From NCBI GenBank assembly GCA_044376115.1, contig JBILLK010000002.1:32001-96000 (forward strand): DNA of 64,000 nucleotides, in the 5' to 3' direction. This DNA is from Polyangiaceae bacterium (GTDB taxonomy: Bacteria > Myxococcota_A > Polyangia > Polyangiales > Polyangiaceae). Below the pieces are notes generated by a model, which saw nothing but the letters and a program-made list of their open reading frames with translations, was not told where the DNA came from and did not search any database. Positions 27,823 to 38,003 of this stretch are shown piece by piece (within the stretch, counting starts at the first letter, position 1; every line of letters starts with the position of its first letter). A program made the translations under genes and the position numbers.

Positions 27823-29238
27823 TCACTTGCACTTGCGGGTAAACGAGTCGAAGACGCACGGCTTCGCCGTCGGGGCGGGCGCAGCGGTGGGCACCGGCTT
27901 CGACGTTGGGGGCGGTAGTGGTTTGGCAACGAGCGGCTTTGCGCTCGGTTGCGCGCTCGCTTGTGCCGTCGGTTCGGGAGCTGCGGTAGCCGACGCTTGC
28001 GCGGAGCCGGTGGTGGCAGGCGTCACCAGCGTTTGCTGCGGGACGGTGGGAAGCTCTGTGGTCGGCGCTGCGCTCGGCAGCGGTGCAGCCTCGGGCTCAC
28101 CGTTGGTGGCGGCTACCGCGGGCGGCGTAAGGCGCTTCCACGCGAGCACGCCAACCCCGACTCCGACTACGGTGACGCCGCTGAGCGCGAGCACGGCAAT
28201 CCAAGGCGAGCGCTTGCGCGCCGCTCGGCGTCCCGCGTCGGTGCTGACCGGCGAATCACTCGGGCGCACCATCATGGTGTTTTGCAGCGCGTCCACTGCG
28301 GCCGTACCGAAGGTCTGCTTGATGTTCGGGTTGGTGTACGCCTCGGCCACCCACTCGCTCGGCGCCTGACCGTTCATCGCCGCACGCAGCGCGCTCAGCA
28401 TCTCGCTGGCATCGGCGAAGCGTTCAACGCGATGGCGGCGCAGCGCGCGATCGATCACGGCACCGATCGCCGGCGGGACGTGCGGCGCGAGCGAGCGCAC
28501 GGGGCGCGCGTCGGTGGTGGAGACCGCCACGATCAGCTCGGGCACCGTGGTCCCGATGTGCACGATTTCACCGGTCAACAGGCTGAAGAAGGAGGCTCCA
28601 AGCGACCACACGTCGCTGCGCGCGTCCACCTCGTCCCAGCGCGCGAGCGCTTGTTCGGCCGGCATGTACGCTGGCGTGCCCATCGGCACGCCGGTCGTGG
28701 TCAGCCGCGTCTGACTCACCACCTCTTTGACCCGCGCGATACCGAAGTCGAGCACCTTCACCGCGCCGTCTTTGCAAACGAACAAGTTTTCTGGCTTGAG
28801 ATCGCGATGCACGATGCCCTTCGCGTGAGCGGCAGCGACGATCTCGAGCGCAGCGCAGCCGTAGCGCACCACGTCGTCCACCGACATCGTCCCGCCAGTT
28901 CGCTCGGCGACGGCCTCGAGCGACATGCCCTCGAGCCGCTCCATCACTAAAAAGGGCAAGCCGTCGGCGGTCGTCCCATCGTCGAGGATGCGCACCACGC
29001 CGGGGTGGGCGACGCGGTTGGCGGCATAGCCCTCGAGGCGAAATCGATCCCGCGCCGTACTGTCTCGCGCCACGTCCGCATGCAGCACTTTGACCGCGAC
29101 TCGGCCCCCGTTGCGCGTGTGCTCGGCGGCGTACACAGCGCCCATCCCGCCGACCCCAAGTACCGCGTCGATGCGCCACTTGTCGTCCAGCACGAAGCCT
29201 GCGGGAAGTGTGGGCGAATCGGACACGGATGGAAGCAT
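27823..29238 (-). CDS. transmembrane Ser/Thr protein kinase
   Basis: GVGGMGAVY, HRDLKPEN, DFG and GTPAYM; one TM; Pro/Ala/Thr linker; C-terminal CVFDSFTRKCK. Confidence 0.94.
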   Translation of the reverse strand: MLPSVSDSPTLPAGFVLDDKWRIDAVLGVGGMGAVYAAEHTRNGGRVAVKVLHADVARDSTARDRFRLEGYAANRVAHPGVVRILDDGTTADGLPFLVMERLEGMSLEAVAERTGGTMSVDDVVRYGCAALEIVAAAHAKGIVHRDLKPENLFVCKDGAVKVLDFGIARVKEVVSQTRLTTTGVPMGTPAYMPAEQALARWDEVDARSDVWSLGASFFSLLTGEIVHIGTTVPELIVAVSTTDARPVRSLAPHVPPAIGAVIDRALRRHRVERFADASEMLSALRAAMNGQAPSEWVAEAYTNPNIKQTFGTAAVDALQNTMMVRPSDSPVSTDAGRRAARKRSPWIAVLALSGVTVVGVGVGVLAWKRLTPPAVAATNGEPEAAPLPSAAPTTELPTVPQQTLVTPATTGSAQASATAAPEPTAQASAQPSAKPLVAKPLPPPTSKPVPTAAPAPTAKPCVFDSFTRKCK

Positions 29239-29331
29239 ACCTACTCACGGTCTCGTGCGCGAGTTCATGCCGGAAAGCCCAGGCTGGTGGTGCAAGCTGC
29301 CAGGCCGCGAAGCAACTGCTAGGGTGCGGCC

Positions 29332-30684
29332 ATGTTGCAGCGAGGGCGGCTCGGAGCGGCGCTATCTGTGGTCTTTGCGACGGCGTGCTCCGCCGGCGGC
29401 GAACGCGGTTCGCTCGCTGCGCCGCAAGGCAGCCCAGCCGAGGTGACGCTGAATGCGCCCGTCGTCGCTGCACCCTCGAGTTCGGCAGCGGCCGCGGGCT
29501 CGGCTGCGAACGAGCTTGCGGAGTGGCCCGAGCAGAAGGACGCGCGCTGGCCGGCGAGCTGCTTGCTCGAGAACCTGGGCGTGCATCCGAAGAAGCCGTG
29601 GCTCGCGCTGGCCTGCACCAACCCAAAGCCACTCAACGGAGCGGTGTTGGTCTTCGATCTCGAGCGCGGGACGTTGCTGAGTTCAACGCCCGTCGACGAA
29701 GGCGCCGGTTGGAATGAGAACCGAGCGCTGTTGCGTTGGCATGCGAACGGCAAAGTGCTCACGAGCAACTTCCGCACCAACGGCATCGGGCTCTTCGATC
29801 GGGCGACCTTCGTGGGGGCGGCGTATCCCGACCAAGGCCGCGATAGCGGGGTTGAGTACGTGTGGATCGGCGATCGGGTGTTCACCGATACCGGGGACCT
29901 GTTTGCAATCCAGCCCGGTGAGCGGTTCGAGTTCACGTCGTCTCAAACGGCGCCGCGCTGGTTCGATCTCGAGTGGAACGCCGAGTTGCAAGCGGTGGTC
30001 GGGCCCACCGAAAAGGGCCTAGCCGCCTACGATCCGCTGAAGCAGAAGCTCGTGTACGAACGCGCGCTGGAGGGGCGCGACAAGCTGTTCAGTCCGAACA
30101 CATCGGCGGATGGGCGCCGGATCGCCTTCGGCTCCGACCGCACCCGCGACGTACCGCACGAGGTGCTCGTGTTCGACACCAAAGACGGTTCGCTCCTGCA
30201 TACGTTGCAACCGAGCGGCGCGCGCATCGATGCGATGGTTTGGGGGCCGGACGGCCGGCTGGCGGTGAGCTCGACTGGCGCTCGCAAACGCGGCGAAGCG
30301 GCCGCACAGCATCTGGATGTCTTTCGCGGTGCGCAGCGCGTGAGCCTGAAGCTCGGTGGGCAGCGGCTCGTGGCCTCGAATACGGTGGATGAAGCGGAGA
30401 GCATCGCTTGGTCGCCGGACGGCCGCACGCTCGCGCTCTTGTTCGCGGACCAGGAACTGCGGCTCGTCGCGAGCGACACCGCCAAGGTGATTCGCTCGTT
30501 CCCAGCCGTGGCCGCGCCGATCTCGCCCGCGCTACCGCCGTTTTACAGCAAGCCGGAGCGTCCGCAGGGGCACGGCGGCGTGTTGTGGGTGGGCCCGCAT
30601 TGTGTGCGTCTCGCGCCGCACTTCGTCAGCGTCTTTTCGGTCGAGGGGAAGAAGCTTTTCGAGTGGGTGACGCCGGATCCCTGA
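29332..30684 (+). CDS. WD40-like beta-propeller lipoprotein
   Basis: ATAC lipobox; WSPDG, WGPDG and SADG blade motifs. Confidence 0.8.
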   Translation: MLQRGRLGAALSVVFATACSAGGERGSLAAPQGSPAEVTLNAPVVAAPSSSAAAAGSAANELAEWPEQKDARWPASCLLENLGVHPKKPWLALACTNPKPLNGAVLVFDLERGTLLSSTPVDEGAGWNENRALLRWHANGKVLTSNFRTNGIGLFDRATFVGAAYPDQGRDSGVEYVWIGDRVFTDTGDLFAIQPGERFEFTSSQTAPRWFDLEWNAELQAVVGPTEKGLAAYDPLKQKLVYERALEGRDKLFSPNTSADGRRIAFGSDRTRDVPHEVLVFDTKDGSLLHTLQPSGARIDAMVWGPDGRLAVSSTGARKRGEAAAQHLDVFRGAQRVSLKLGGQRLVASNTVDEAESIAWSPDGRTLALLFADQELRLVASDTAKVIRSFPAVAAPISPALPPFYSKPERPQGHGGVLWVGPHCVRLAPHFVSVFSVEGKKLFEWVTPDP

Positions 30685-30723
30685 GGGCTGGGTGCGCTCG
30701 GGCGCGCGTGGTAGGGAGGCGCG

Positions 30724-31545
30724 ATGAGTGCGTTCGAATCGGCAAGTGCGCTGCAGTTGGTGGAGAGCGAAGGCGGGCGGTCTCGCTTCGAGGGCAACCT
30801 GCCCGAGGCATGGGTGCAGGGCAAAGGCGCCTTCGGCGGCTTGGTGATCGGGGTGCTCACGCGCGCCTTGGTCCGCTGCGAAGAAGACCGTTCGCGCACG
30901 CTGCGTTCGGTCAACGCCGATCTCCTCGCCTCAACGCAGCCCGGGCCATTCACCGTGGAGGTCACGCACTTGCGGCGGGGGAGCAACGTCTCCTTCCTCG
31001 AGGCGAAGCTGCTTCAAAACGGCGCGCCGATGGCTCGCGGCGCTGCGACCTTGGCCTCGTCGCGCGAGGTCGCTCCCAGCGCTGTGATGCAGGCCGTGCC
31101 GGCGCCGGCGCTCGAGCCGCAGCCGCCCTGGCAGGATGCGCCGGTGCTGCCGGTGGAGCCGCCCGCTGGCCCGGTGTTCGCCGTGAACTACGAGTATCGC
31201 TCGTCGGGGCCGTATCCGTTTTCAGGCGAAAAGAGGCCGTGCGCTTGCGGCTATGTGCGTGAGCGAGAGGCGCCAGCGGCGCTCGATGAGGCCGCCATCG
31301 TCGGCTTGATGGACGCTTGGTGGCCGACCTCGCTCACCGTGGCCACGGGGCCGCGCATCGCGGTAACGGTGGGCTTCACCATGCAGCTCCTCAAGCGGCC
31401 GAGCTCGCTCGATCCGAAGGCGCCGCTCTACTACCGCGCCCACGCCGTTGGCGGTGGAGACAACTACTTCGTCGAGTTCCGCGAGCTGTGGTCGGGCAAT
31501 GAAGTCGTAGCGCTCAATCAGCAGACCTTCGCCATGCTCACCTGA
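30724..31545 (+). CDS. acyl-CoA thioesterase family (double hotdog)
   Basis: W.QG.GAFGG, LRRGS and DAWWP; GGAGG RBS. Confidence 0.88.
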   Translation: MSAFESASALQLVESEGGRSRFEGNLPEAWVQGKGAFGGLVIGVLTRALVRCEEDRSRTLRSVNADLLASTQPGPFTVEVTHLRRGSNVSFLEAKLLQNGAPMARGAATLASSREVAPSAVMQAVPAPALEPQPPWQDAPVLPVEPPAGPVFAVNYEYRSSGPYPFSGEKRPCACGYVREREAPAALDEAAIVGLMDAWWPTSLTVATGPRIAVTVGFTMQLLKRPSSLDPKAPLYYRAHAVGGGDNYFVEFRELWSGNEVVALNQQTFAMLT

Positions 31546-31548
31546 GGC

Positions 31549-32592
31549 TCACGGCTCGTCGGCTTCGTCGGCTGCTTCGGCTGCTTCGTCGGCCTCGTCG
31601 TCGTCGGGTGGCTCCAAGCTCTCTTCGATGGCGCGCCAACATTCGAGCACCCGCTCGGCGTCGATGTCGGCGTAGCCGCGGCTGCGCTCGAGTTCGCGCG
31701 CGTCGCGAGGCTCCATCGCGATGCATACGCCTTGGTCGCGCAGGCTCAGGATCTCCTCGTCGCTGAGCGCTACGCCCTTCTTGCTGCGCGCCGCCTCGAG
31801 CAGCACGCGCAGCGGCGGCATGAAGTTCATGCGCAGCTTGGCTTGCGGCCGGCCTTGGCTTACCGGCGGTCCGAGATGGAGCACGCCGAACGGGTTGTGG
31901 CACGCGTGGCCCTCCGGATACATCGTGTCGGGCCACCACTCGATGATCCGTCGCTGCGTCTCGGCGTCGGGCGAAAAGGTTTGCCCCGAGGCGAACAGCG
32001 GGTCCTCGGCGATCTGATAGAGCGCGAAAGCGTCGAGCCACAGCTGGGCCTCTGCGCCGGTCGCCTCGATCTCGACGTCGGGGCAGGAGAAGGCGTGCAT
32101 ACCGATCGTGCGCGCCTCACTCTGGCCACCGAGGCCGATCACCGCGAGCCGGTAGAGCGCATGCGGGCCGCCGTCGTCGATCAGCTTGAGCCAGGTCGCC
32201 GCGTCGTAGCCGGCCTTCGATTGTTCGATGCGGAAAGCGATCGCGCCGGCTTGATGCAGCGCGTGCGCGAGCTTGGCGATCGGGGCTCGGGAGCTGTGCA
32301 GCTCTGCGGGAAGCTCGAGCACCAGCGCGCCGGGCGCGGAGTCGATCAGCGCGAGGTCCTCGTCCGTGCAGGTGCCGAAGGAGAACGCCTCGGCGAAGGA
32401 GCCGTCTTCTGGATTGGGTTCGAAGTGAAGCCCGACGCGCAGGCCCAGCGACTCCGCTTCGAGCGCGCTGCCATCGGGCGCGACGCGGAACTCCTTGCTG
32501 AGCTTCTGCGCGAGGTCCTCCACGCTCGTGCGAGCCGTGGGAACAAACAGCGTGACGACGGTGTGGGCCCGCAGGGCGGGTTGGGCGGCCAT
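31549..32592 (-). CDS. DUF4261-like hypothetical protein
   Basis: T.GMHAF..PD.E and NPFGV..L motifs. Confidence 0.7.
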   Translation of the reverse strand: MAAQPALRAHTVVTLFVPTARTSVEDLAQKLSKEFRVAPDGSALEAESLGLRVGLHFEPNPEDGSFAEAFSFGTCTDEDLALIDSAPGALVLELPAELHSSRAPIAKLAHALHQAGAIAFRIEQSKAGYDAATWLKLIDDGGPHALYRLAVIGLGGQSEARTIGMHAFSCPDVEIEATGAEAQLWLDAFALYQIAEDPLFASGQTFSPDAETQRRIIEWWPDTMYPEGHACHNPFGVLHLGPPVSQGRPQAKLRMNFMPPLRVLLEAARSKKGVALSDEEILSLRDQGVCIAMEPRDARELERSRGYADIDAERVLECWRAIEESLEPPDDDEADEAAEAADEADEP

Positions 32593-32791
32593 GCGCGCAC
32601 CATAGCGCAAGCTGCACGACAGCCGCTAAGCCTCATGCCTTCCGCCATGCAGTCGAGGAGCGTGAAAGCCCCGATTCCCAAATGGAAGACCGGGCCCCGC
32701 GACAATCCTTCTCTGAGGAGACGGCACGCTCCCCGAACGATGCGCTCACGGTTGAGCGCGCGCGCTCTGGGCAGCGGCCGATGCGGAAAAC

Positions 32792-33442
32792 ATGCGACAA
32801 GCACTGAGTGGTTTTGTGTGTCTGGCGATGGCGTTCTCGAGCGTGGGTTGCGAGCCGGGAGAGAGCGATGCGCAAGCCGAACGTGGTTTGGCGCCGGGCG
32901 ATGACACCGAAGCCGTGAGCCTCTCACAGAGCGCAGGCTCCTTTGCGATCGACGCGCCCGGAGCGTTCAATGGCTTCGATCTTTCGATCGGCTGGTCCTA
33001 CGTCGATGCTGAGGGCAACAGCGGTGGGACCAGCATCCCCGTCTATCAAGTAGCCCCGGCAGCGAGCTGCGATGCCTGCTTCTTGCCGGGCACGATTGAG
33101 CTCGGCGAAGCGATCGACGACTTCGTCGTAAGGGCCTGCTTGGCGACGCCGGAGGCCGAGGAGACCTGTCAGCTCAGCGAGCAGATTGAGGGTTTGCGCC
33201 TCGCCGACTTGCTCTTGCCGATGACCTCTCCGGAGGGCGAGCCGATGGCGATCTCTTCGGTCCACGCGACGTTCTACCGCAGCTACGAACGCTGGGATGA
33301 TTCGGTCGATTACGACGGTGAACTGGTGCCGTACCCGAGGATCGATACGGCGCAGGTCGAACTCGAGTTGCAAGCGGATGGCTCGCTCGTGCCGGTCTCT
33401 GGCTGGGTGTTCGAGATTGACGCGCTGAACTCCCAGCCGTGA
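32792..33442 (+). CDS. hypothetical lipoprotein
   Basis: SVGC lipobox; acidic composition. Confidence 0.7.
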   Translation: MRQALSGFVCLAMAFSSVGCEPGESDAQAERGLAPGDDTEAVSLSQSAGSFAIDAPGAFNGFDLSIGWSYVDAEGNSGGTSIPVYQVAPAASCDACFLPGTIELGEAIDDFVVRACLATPEAEETCQLSEQIEGLRLADLLLPMTSPEGEPMAISSVHATFYRSYERWDDSVDYDGELVPYPRIDTAQVELELQADGSLVPVSGWVFEIDALNSQP

Positions 33443-33463
33443 GCCTAAAGGCGAGCTGCGAGC

Positions 33464-34984
33464 TCAGTCGGGGTACTTGAGCGACATCTCGAGCTCGGCG
33501 AGCTCCTTCGCGGCCTGCTCGCGCAGCTTGGCGTCGTCCACCTGCAAGAGGGCGCGATAACGCTTCGCTGCCAACTCGAGGCGCTCCACCGAATGCAGCG
33601 CCCGCCCCTCGGGGCGCGGGGTGTGCGCGAGGTCGCTCAAGAACGGCACCGCCTGTTCGAGGCAATAGCCGTGCGCTCGTGCGATCACCGTGCGCGCCGC
33701 CGCGTCCACCGGTTCATCGAACCACGGCCGCGCGATCATCAGCGCTCGCAAGAGGCCCAGCGCGCTCTCACACGAGGGCGCCTGCTGTTCGAGCGCGTTG
33801 AAACGACGTGCGGCCGTCTCCCCGTCGAGCGCGCGCAGCGCAGCCTCGGCGCTGGCGCGGATATTGGTCGCCGTGTCCTTCGGCGGTAACGCTGGCAACG
33901 CGGGCTCGCGCGGCCCACCAACCAGCGGCAACTCGATGCGCGAAGCGCTCGCTGGGATCGCTGGAAAGCGCAGCTCGCTGAGCGCCGTTTGCAGACACGC
34001 GGCGAGCTCGGGCGCTGGGGCCGAGCTGCGGGTGAGCACCACCGAACTCGGTCGCCCATGCGCCGGCAGCTCGATCGCAAAGTCGAGCTCGAGGCCAACC
34101 GCCTGCGGCCCGGCGTCCCAAAAACAGCGGCTGTAGGCGCCCAGGTTGTAGCGCAACACGCGGTTCACCAGGCTCGACTCGATCATCGGCCGCACCACCG
34201 CTCTCGCCACGCGCATCGCCGGCCGCGACGTTTTGCGACACGGCGCTTTGCAGGGCGGCTCCACCGTGGGCTCGGGCACTTGCGGCGCCACGATGCGCAG
34301 CGGCTCGGCGAGCCGGAAGGTATCGCGCGGCACGGGCCTTGGCGCGCGCAAACATTCGACGTGGGTGACCTGGCGTCGCTCCAATTTGGTCCTCGGCGGA
34401 TTGGACGGTGGCGCAGGCTTGGGGCCTCGCTCGAACTGCAAGCCGACGTCGATCGCGAGCTCGCGCCCGGTTGCTGCGAAGTTCGCCGCCGAAGAAAGCT
34501 CCTTGGTCGCGCAGAGGCTCCACTCTGCAAAGCGACCGGCGGGCTCTGGGCCGAGCTTGGAGATCGAACCGTTCGGGCTCAAGAGCAGCGCCAAAGGCAG
34601 CTCGCCCTCGAGCTCCGGCTGCGCGACCAGCGCGTTTGTGTAGCAGCGTTGCAACGCCGGTACGCGCGCTTGCAGCCAGCGGCTCACGTCGGTTTCACTG
34701 CGCGCAAGGTCTTCCCCAGGGCTATCGCTGAAGCGCGGCCCCCACGTTGTTGCAGGCACGGTGAGGGGCGGGAAGCTGAAGGTGGTCGTCCCCACGTCCT
34801 TGTCCATGCTCGCCACGCCAGTGCACAAATCGCTGGCCGCATGCGTCGGCAACGCCAACTCGATCTCGCTCACTAGCAGCGGCTCCGGCACAGTCGGAGC
34901 GAGCCCCGTCTGCGGAGCTGGCTCGATTGGAATTGGGGTGCAGGCCAGCGCCAGACCGCCCAAAGCCGAAAAGACGGGCCTCAC
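33464..34984 (-). CDS. lipoprotein with two AgmX/PglI (TonB C-terminal-like) domains
   Basis: LQRCY..AL..QP.L.G and YSRCF...LAACL...L..LRFP; ALAC lipobox; start codon uncertain. Confidence 0.75.
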   Translation of the reverse strand: MRPVFSALGGLALACTPIPIEPAPQTGLAPTVPEPLLVSEIELALPTHAASDLCTGVASMDKDVGTTTFSFPPLTVPATTWGPRFSDSPGEDLARSETDVSRWLQARVPALQRCYTNALVAQPELEGELPLALLLSPNGSISKLGPEPAGRFAEWSLCATKELSSAANFAATGRELAIDVGLQFERGPKPAPPSNPPRTKLERRQVTHVECLRAPRPVPRDTFRLAEPLRIVAPQVPEPTVEPPCKAPCRKTSRPAMRVARAVVRPMIESSLVNRVLRYNLGAYSRCFWDAGPQAVGLELDFAIELPAHGRPSSVVLTRSSAPAPELAACLQTALSELRFPAIPASASRIELPLVGGPREPALPALPPKDTATNIRASAEAALRALDGETAARRFNALEQQAPSCESALGLLRALMIARPWFDEPVDAAARTVIARAHGYCLEQAVPFLSDLAHTPRPEGRALHSVERLELAAKRYRALLQVDDAKLREQAAKELAELEMSLKYPD

Positions 34985-35217
34985 GAATCCTCGCAGGCCT
35001 GCGCGAGTCTGGGCGTTGTGCGAAACCTTAGGAGCTGCCAATGAACCGCGAGTCTACACCGAGCGGCCGCACCGCCCTCCAGCCAGCCGCATAGGGCCGC
35101 CCTCGCGCGTGCAGAGCGCCGCTACGAGCATTTATGAAGCTCCGCGAGTCCGAGGAGCATTCACGTATTCGCTGCTAGGCGACTTGAATAGCCCAGTCGT
35201 CTAGCTAAATTGCGGCC

Positions 35218-36696
35218 ATGCGACGCGGTCTTGGTTTGCTTGTGGCCACCCTTTCTCTGACTTTCGCGTGCGAAGATTCGGGCTCCGGCGGGGCAGGAGG
35301 CGCTGGCGGTTCTGGGGCGGCAAACAGTGGTGGTGCCGGTGGAGGAGGAGGGGAGGGCGCTGCTAGCCCGAGCGGAACGTTCCCCACGCCGCAGGTCGGC
35401 GGTACCGCCGAGGCCGACGCCCTGGCCAGTGCTCCGGCCCGTTGCGGGCAAGAGGCCTACAGTTGGCTCACGGGCGAACAGCTCGGGCAGGTCACCAAGC
35501 GAACGTCGCCTGCAAGCTTCACTTCGAATCTTTTGACAGCGCTAATCGAGGCCACCGGCGTCGATATTGGCGTCACGCTGCAATACAACGTAGACCTTCA
35601 TTTAATTAGTTATACAACGCAAGACCGTGGCGCCGAGGTGGAGGCAACCACGCTGGTGATGTGGCCCAATAACGTTCCTGCCGGGACCACCCTGCCAACG
35701 CTCTTGTTGTTGCATGGTACCAGCGGCTTCACCGACGGCTGCGGTCCTACCAGCAACAGCGAGGAGCATGCGCTGTACGCGGCGATTGCCTCCGCGGGCT
35801 ACGTGGTGGTGGTACCCGACTACCTTGGTCTCAAGACCGCCGGCGAGCCGGCCACGGGCTTTCCGCATCCGTACCTCGCGGGCCAAGCCACCGCTATCGC
35901 TAGCTTGGATGCCGTGCGGACGCTCCGTCACCTCGAGGCCGATCCAGCGGTCGCCAAGGGGCTCATACCGTCGCCGGAGGTCGTGGTGCTAGGCGGTTCG
36001 CAGGGCGGTCACGCGGCGCTCTGGGTGGACCGCCTGGCGCCGTACTACGCGCGAGAGCTACAGCTTTTGGGCATCGCGGCCACCGTGCCGCCCTCCGATT
36101 TGGAAACGCAGGCGCTGCTCGGTCTGACCGAAGTGCGTCAATCCACCGGCAATATGGTCGCCTTTTGGGGGGCCAGCTCCAGTTGGTATGGACTTGGCTC
36201 CCAGCTGGAGGAGGTGTTCGTCCCGGCCATCGCGACGCAGCTTCAGCCCACCCTCGCGGCCAGCTGCGACCCAAGCGATGCAGTGGACGGCCTCGAGACC
36301 TTGGAGGCAGTGTTTCAACCGCAGGTGCTCAGCGCCGCGGCCTCGGGTGATCTCGCTTCGCTCGGTCCGTGGGGCTGTATGGTGCTCGAGAACGGTCTGA
36401 CCAGCACGAGCATTACGCGCATCCAGGAGGACCCCGCTTCCTACGGCATCCTGTTCATTACTGGGGAGCAGGATCAGCTGGTGGATACCCCCACCGAGCG
36501 CGCTGCCTTCAGCACCTTGTGCAACGCCGGCCTGCCCATGCAGTACCTCGAATGCGCCGGGGCTTCCCACACCAAGGCCACGGCCTGGTCCCTCCCAGAG
36601 ATTCTGGCCTTCCTCCAAGCCCGTGCCGCCAAGACGCCGTTCAGCCCCAACTGCAGCGTACCGGCGCCGAGCGTTTGCAGCGCCACCTCCGAGTGA
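35218..36696 (+). CDS. secretory lipase (LIP-type alpha/beta hydrolase) lipoprotein
   Basis: HGT.G, PDY.GL, HPYL, GGSQGG nucleophile elbow, late Asp and His. Confidence 0.87.
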   Translation: MRRGLGLLVATLSLTFACEDSGSGGAGGAGGSGAANSGGAGGGGGEGAASPSGTFPTPQVGGTAEADALASAPARCGQEAYSWLTGEQLGQVTKRTSPASFTSNLLTALIEATGVDIGVTLQYNVDLHLISYTTQDRGAEVEATTLVMWPNNVPAGTTLPTLLLLHGTSGFTDGCGPTSNSEEHALYAAIASAGYVVVVPDYLGLKTAGEPATGFPHPYLAGQATAIASLDAVRTLRHLEADPAVAKGLIPSPEVVVLGGSQGGHAALWVDRLAPYYARELQLLGIAATVPPSDLETQALLGLTEVRQSTGNMVAFWGASSSWYGLGSQLEEVFVPAIATQLQPTLAASCDPSDAVDGLETLEAVFQPQVLSAAASGDLASLGPWGCMVLENGLTSTSITRIQEDPASYGILFITGEQDQLVDTPTERAAFSTLCNAGLPMQYLECAGASHTKATAWSLPEILAFLQARAAKTPFSPNCSVPAPSVCSATSE

Positions 36697-36795
36697 TTCG
36701 CCTGAACGATCACTCTGTCTCACGACGAACTGCGTTCGCTGCTCGGCGACTTGATCAAAACGAAGTCTGGTTTGAACCCGCGCTGAAGGCCCGCT

Positions 36796-37947
36796 TTGGC
36801 GCCGTCCCGCGAACGGCTAGCTCCTTCAGTGATTGCCGCAAAACGGCGAAGCGTGCACCCTTCTTGGGTGACGCCGCGGACCCTACGCCACTGGGACGAT
36901 GAAGCGTTCTGGCAGCGGTGCCGCGGAGTCCCGCTTGCAGACGCGCTGCGCGACGTGGACCAGCTACCAAGTGACCTGCAGAGTTGCTACGACGGTAGGG
37001 TCATCCCGCTCTTGTTTCGCGGCCTCAGTAGCGATGATGAGCTATTGCGCGCCCAAGCGCACCTACGGTTGACCGATGAGATCGAGCATCAAGGCACCCA
37101 CTTCGCGAGCACGGGCAAGGTGGTGCCTCTCTTGGCGGCCTTGCTTGCGGCGAACCTCGCCGGAGGCGAGACACCTTGGCTCGTAGAAACGCTGCGCACT
37201 CCAGGCCTATGGCGGTTGGTCCCTGTCGACTTGCGCCGGCAGTTGGGTGAGGTTGAGAGAAGTCCGCTTCATCGCAGTTGGTATGCGCAAGCTCCTGGGC
37301 TTCGCGAGTGTGAGCGGGGCCTCGCTATTGGGCCAGTCGACGCTGAGCTAGGGCCTCTGCGCAGCAGCAGGCGTTGGCATCGAAACGGTCAACTCGCCGA
37401 AGCAGGGTGCTACTTCGATTTGGGCGATCGGATGCTCAAGCATGGCGACTGGCAATGTTGGGCGAGTGATGGCCGGCTGCTCGGTCAGTATTCGATGCAA
37501 CGTGGGAGTGGAGTTGAACGCGGCTGGTTCGATAGCGGCGAGCCTGCGCGCGAGCTTCAGCTTAGCTTGGGGCTGCCCGATGGAATCGAACGCCGCTGGG
37601 CCGAGGCCGGAACGATCTTGCACGAGACGGCGTGGAAGGCCGGAAAACGAAACGGTGACGACAAAAGTTACTTCCCCTCTGGAGTAGCCCAAAGCGTCGG
37701 TAGCTATGTTGACGGCATGGCCGAGGGAGTGTTTCGCGAGTGGAGTCCTGACGGCGAGTTGGTGGTCGAGCAAGTTTACGCGCGGGACAAGAAGCACGGG
37801 CGCGCAACCACGTACGCCGCTGGTCAGAAGCGAACGGAAGGCTTCTACCGCGATGGTAAGAGACACGGCCTTTGGCAAAGCTGGAACGAACGTGGTGAGC
37901 TCGAGCGCGCGGTCACTTGGAAAAACAACCGGCCGGATAAGCCCTAA
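36796..37947 (+). CDS. MORN-variant repeat (YwqK-like) protein
   Basis: Repeated G...G....W...G units; start uncertain and 5' region possibly frameshifted. Confidence 0.75.
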   Translation: MAPSRERLAPSVIAAKRRSVHPSWVTPRTLRHWDDEAFWQRCRGVPLADALRDVDQLPSDLQSCYDGRVIPLLFRGLSSDDELLRAQAHLRLTDEIEHQGTHFASTGKVVPLLAALLAANLAGGETPWLVETLRTPGLWRLVPVDLRRQLGEVERSPLHRSWYAQAPGLRECERGLAIGPVDAELGPLRSSRRWHRNGQLAEAGCYFDLGDRMLKHGDWQCWASDGRLLGQYSMQRGSGVERGWFDSGEPARELQLSLGLPDGIERRWAEAGTILHETAWKAGKRNGDDKSYFPSGVAQSVGSYVDGMAEGVFREWSPDGELVVEQVYARDKKHGRATTYAAGQKRTEGFYRDGKRHGLWQSWNERGELERAVTWKNNRPDKP

Positions 37948-38003
37948 CCACGCTTCTCTGCCACCTTGCGCTCTTCTAGGAGCTCGTTCCGGCGAGCGGA
38001 GCG

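Noticed and set aside
32640..32760. Cobalamin riboswitch
   Set aside because: Only fragmentary resemblance; the GCCACTG/GGGAAG B12-box core is missing and the downstream gene is unrelated
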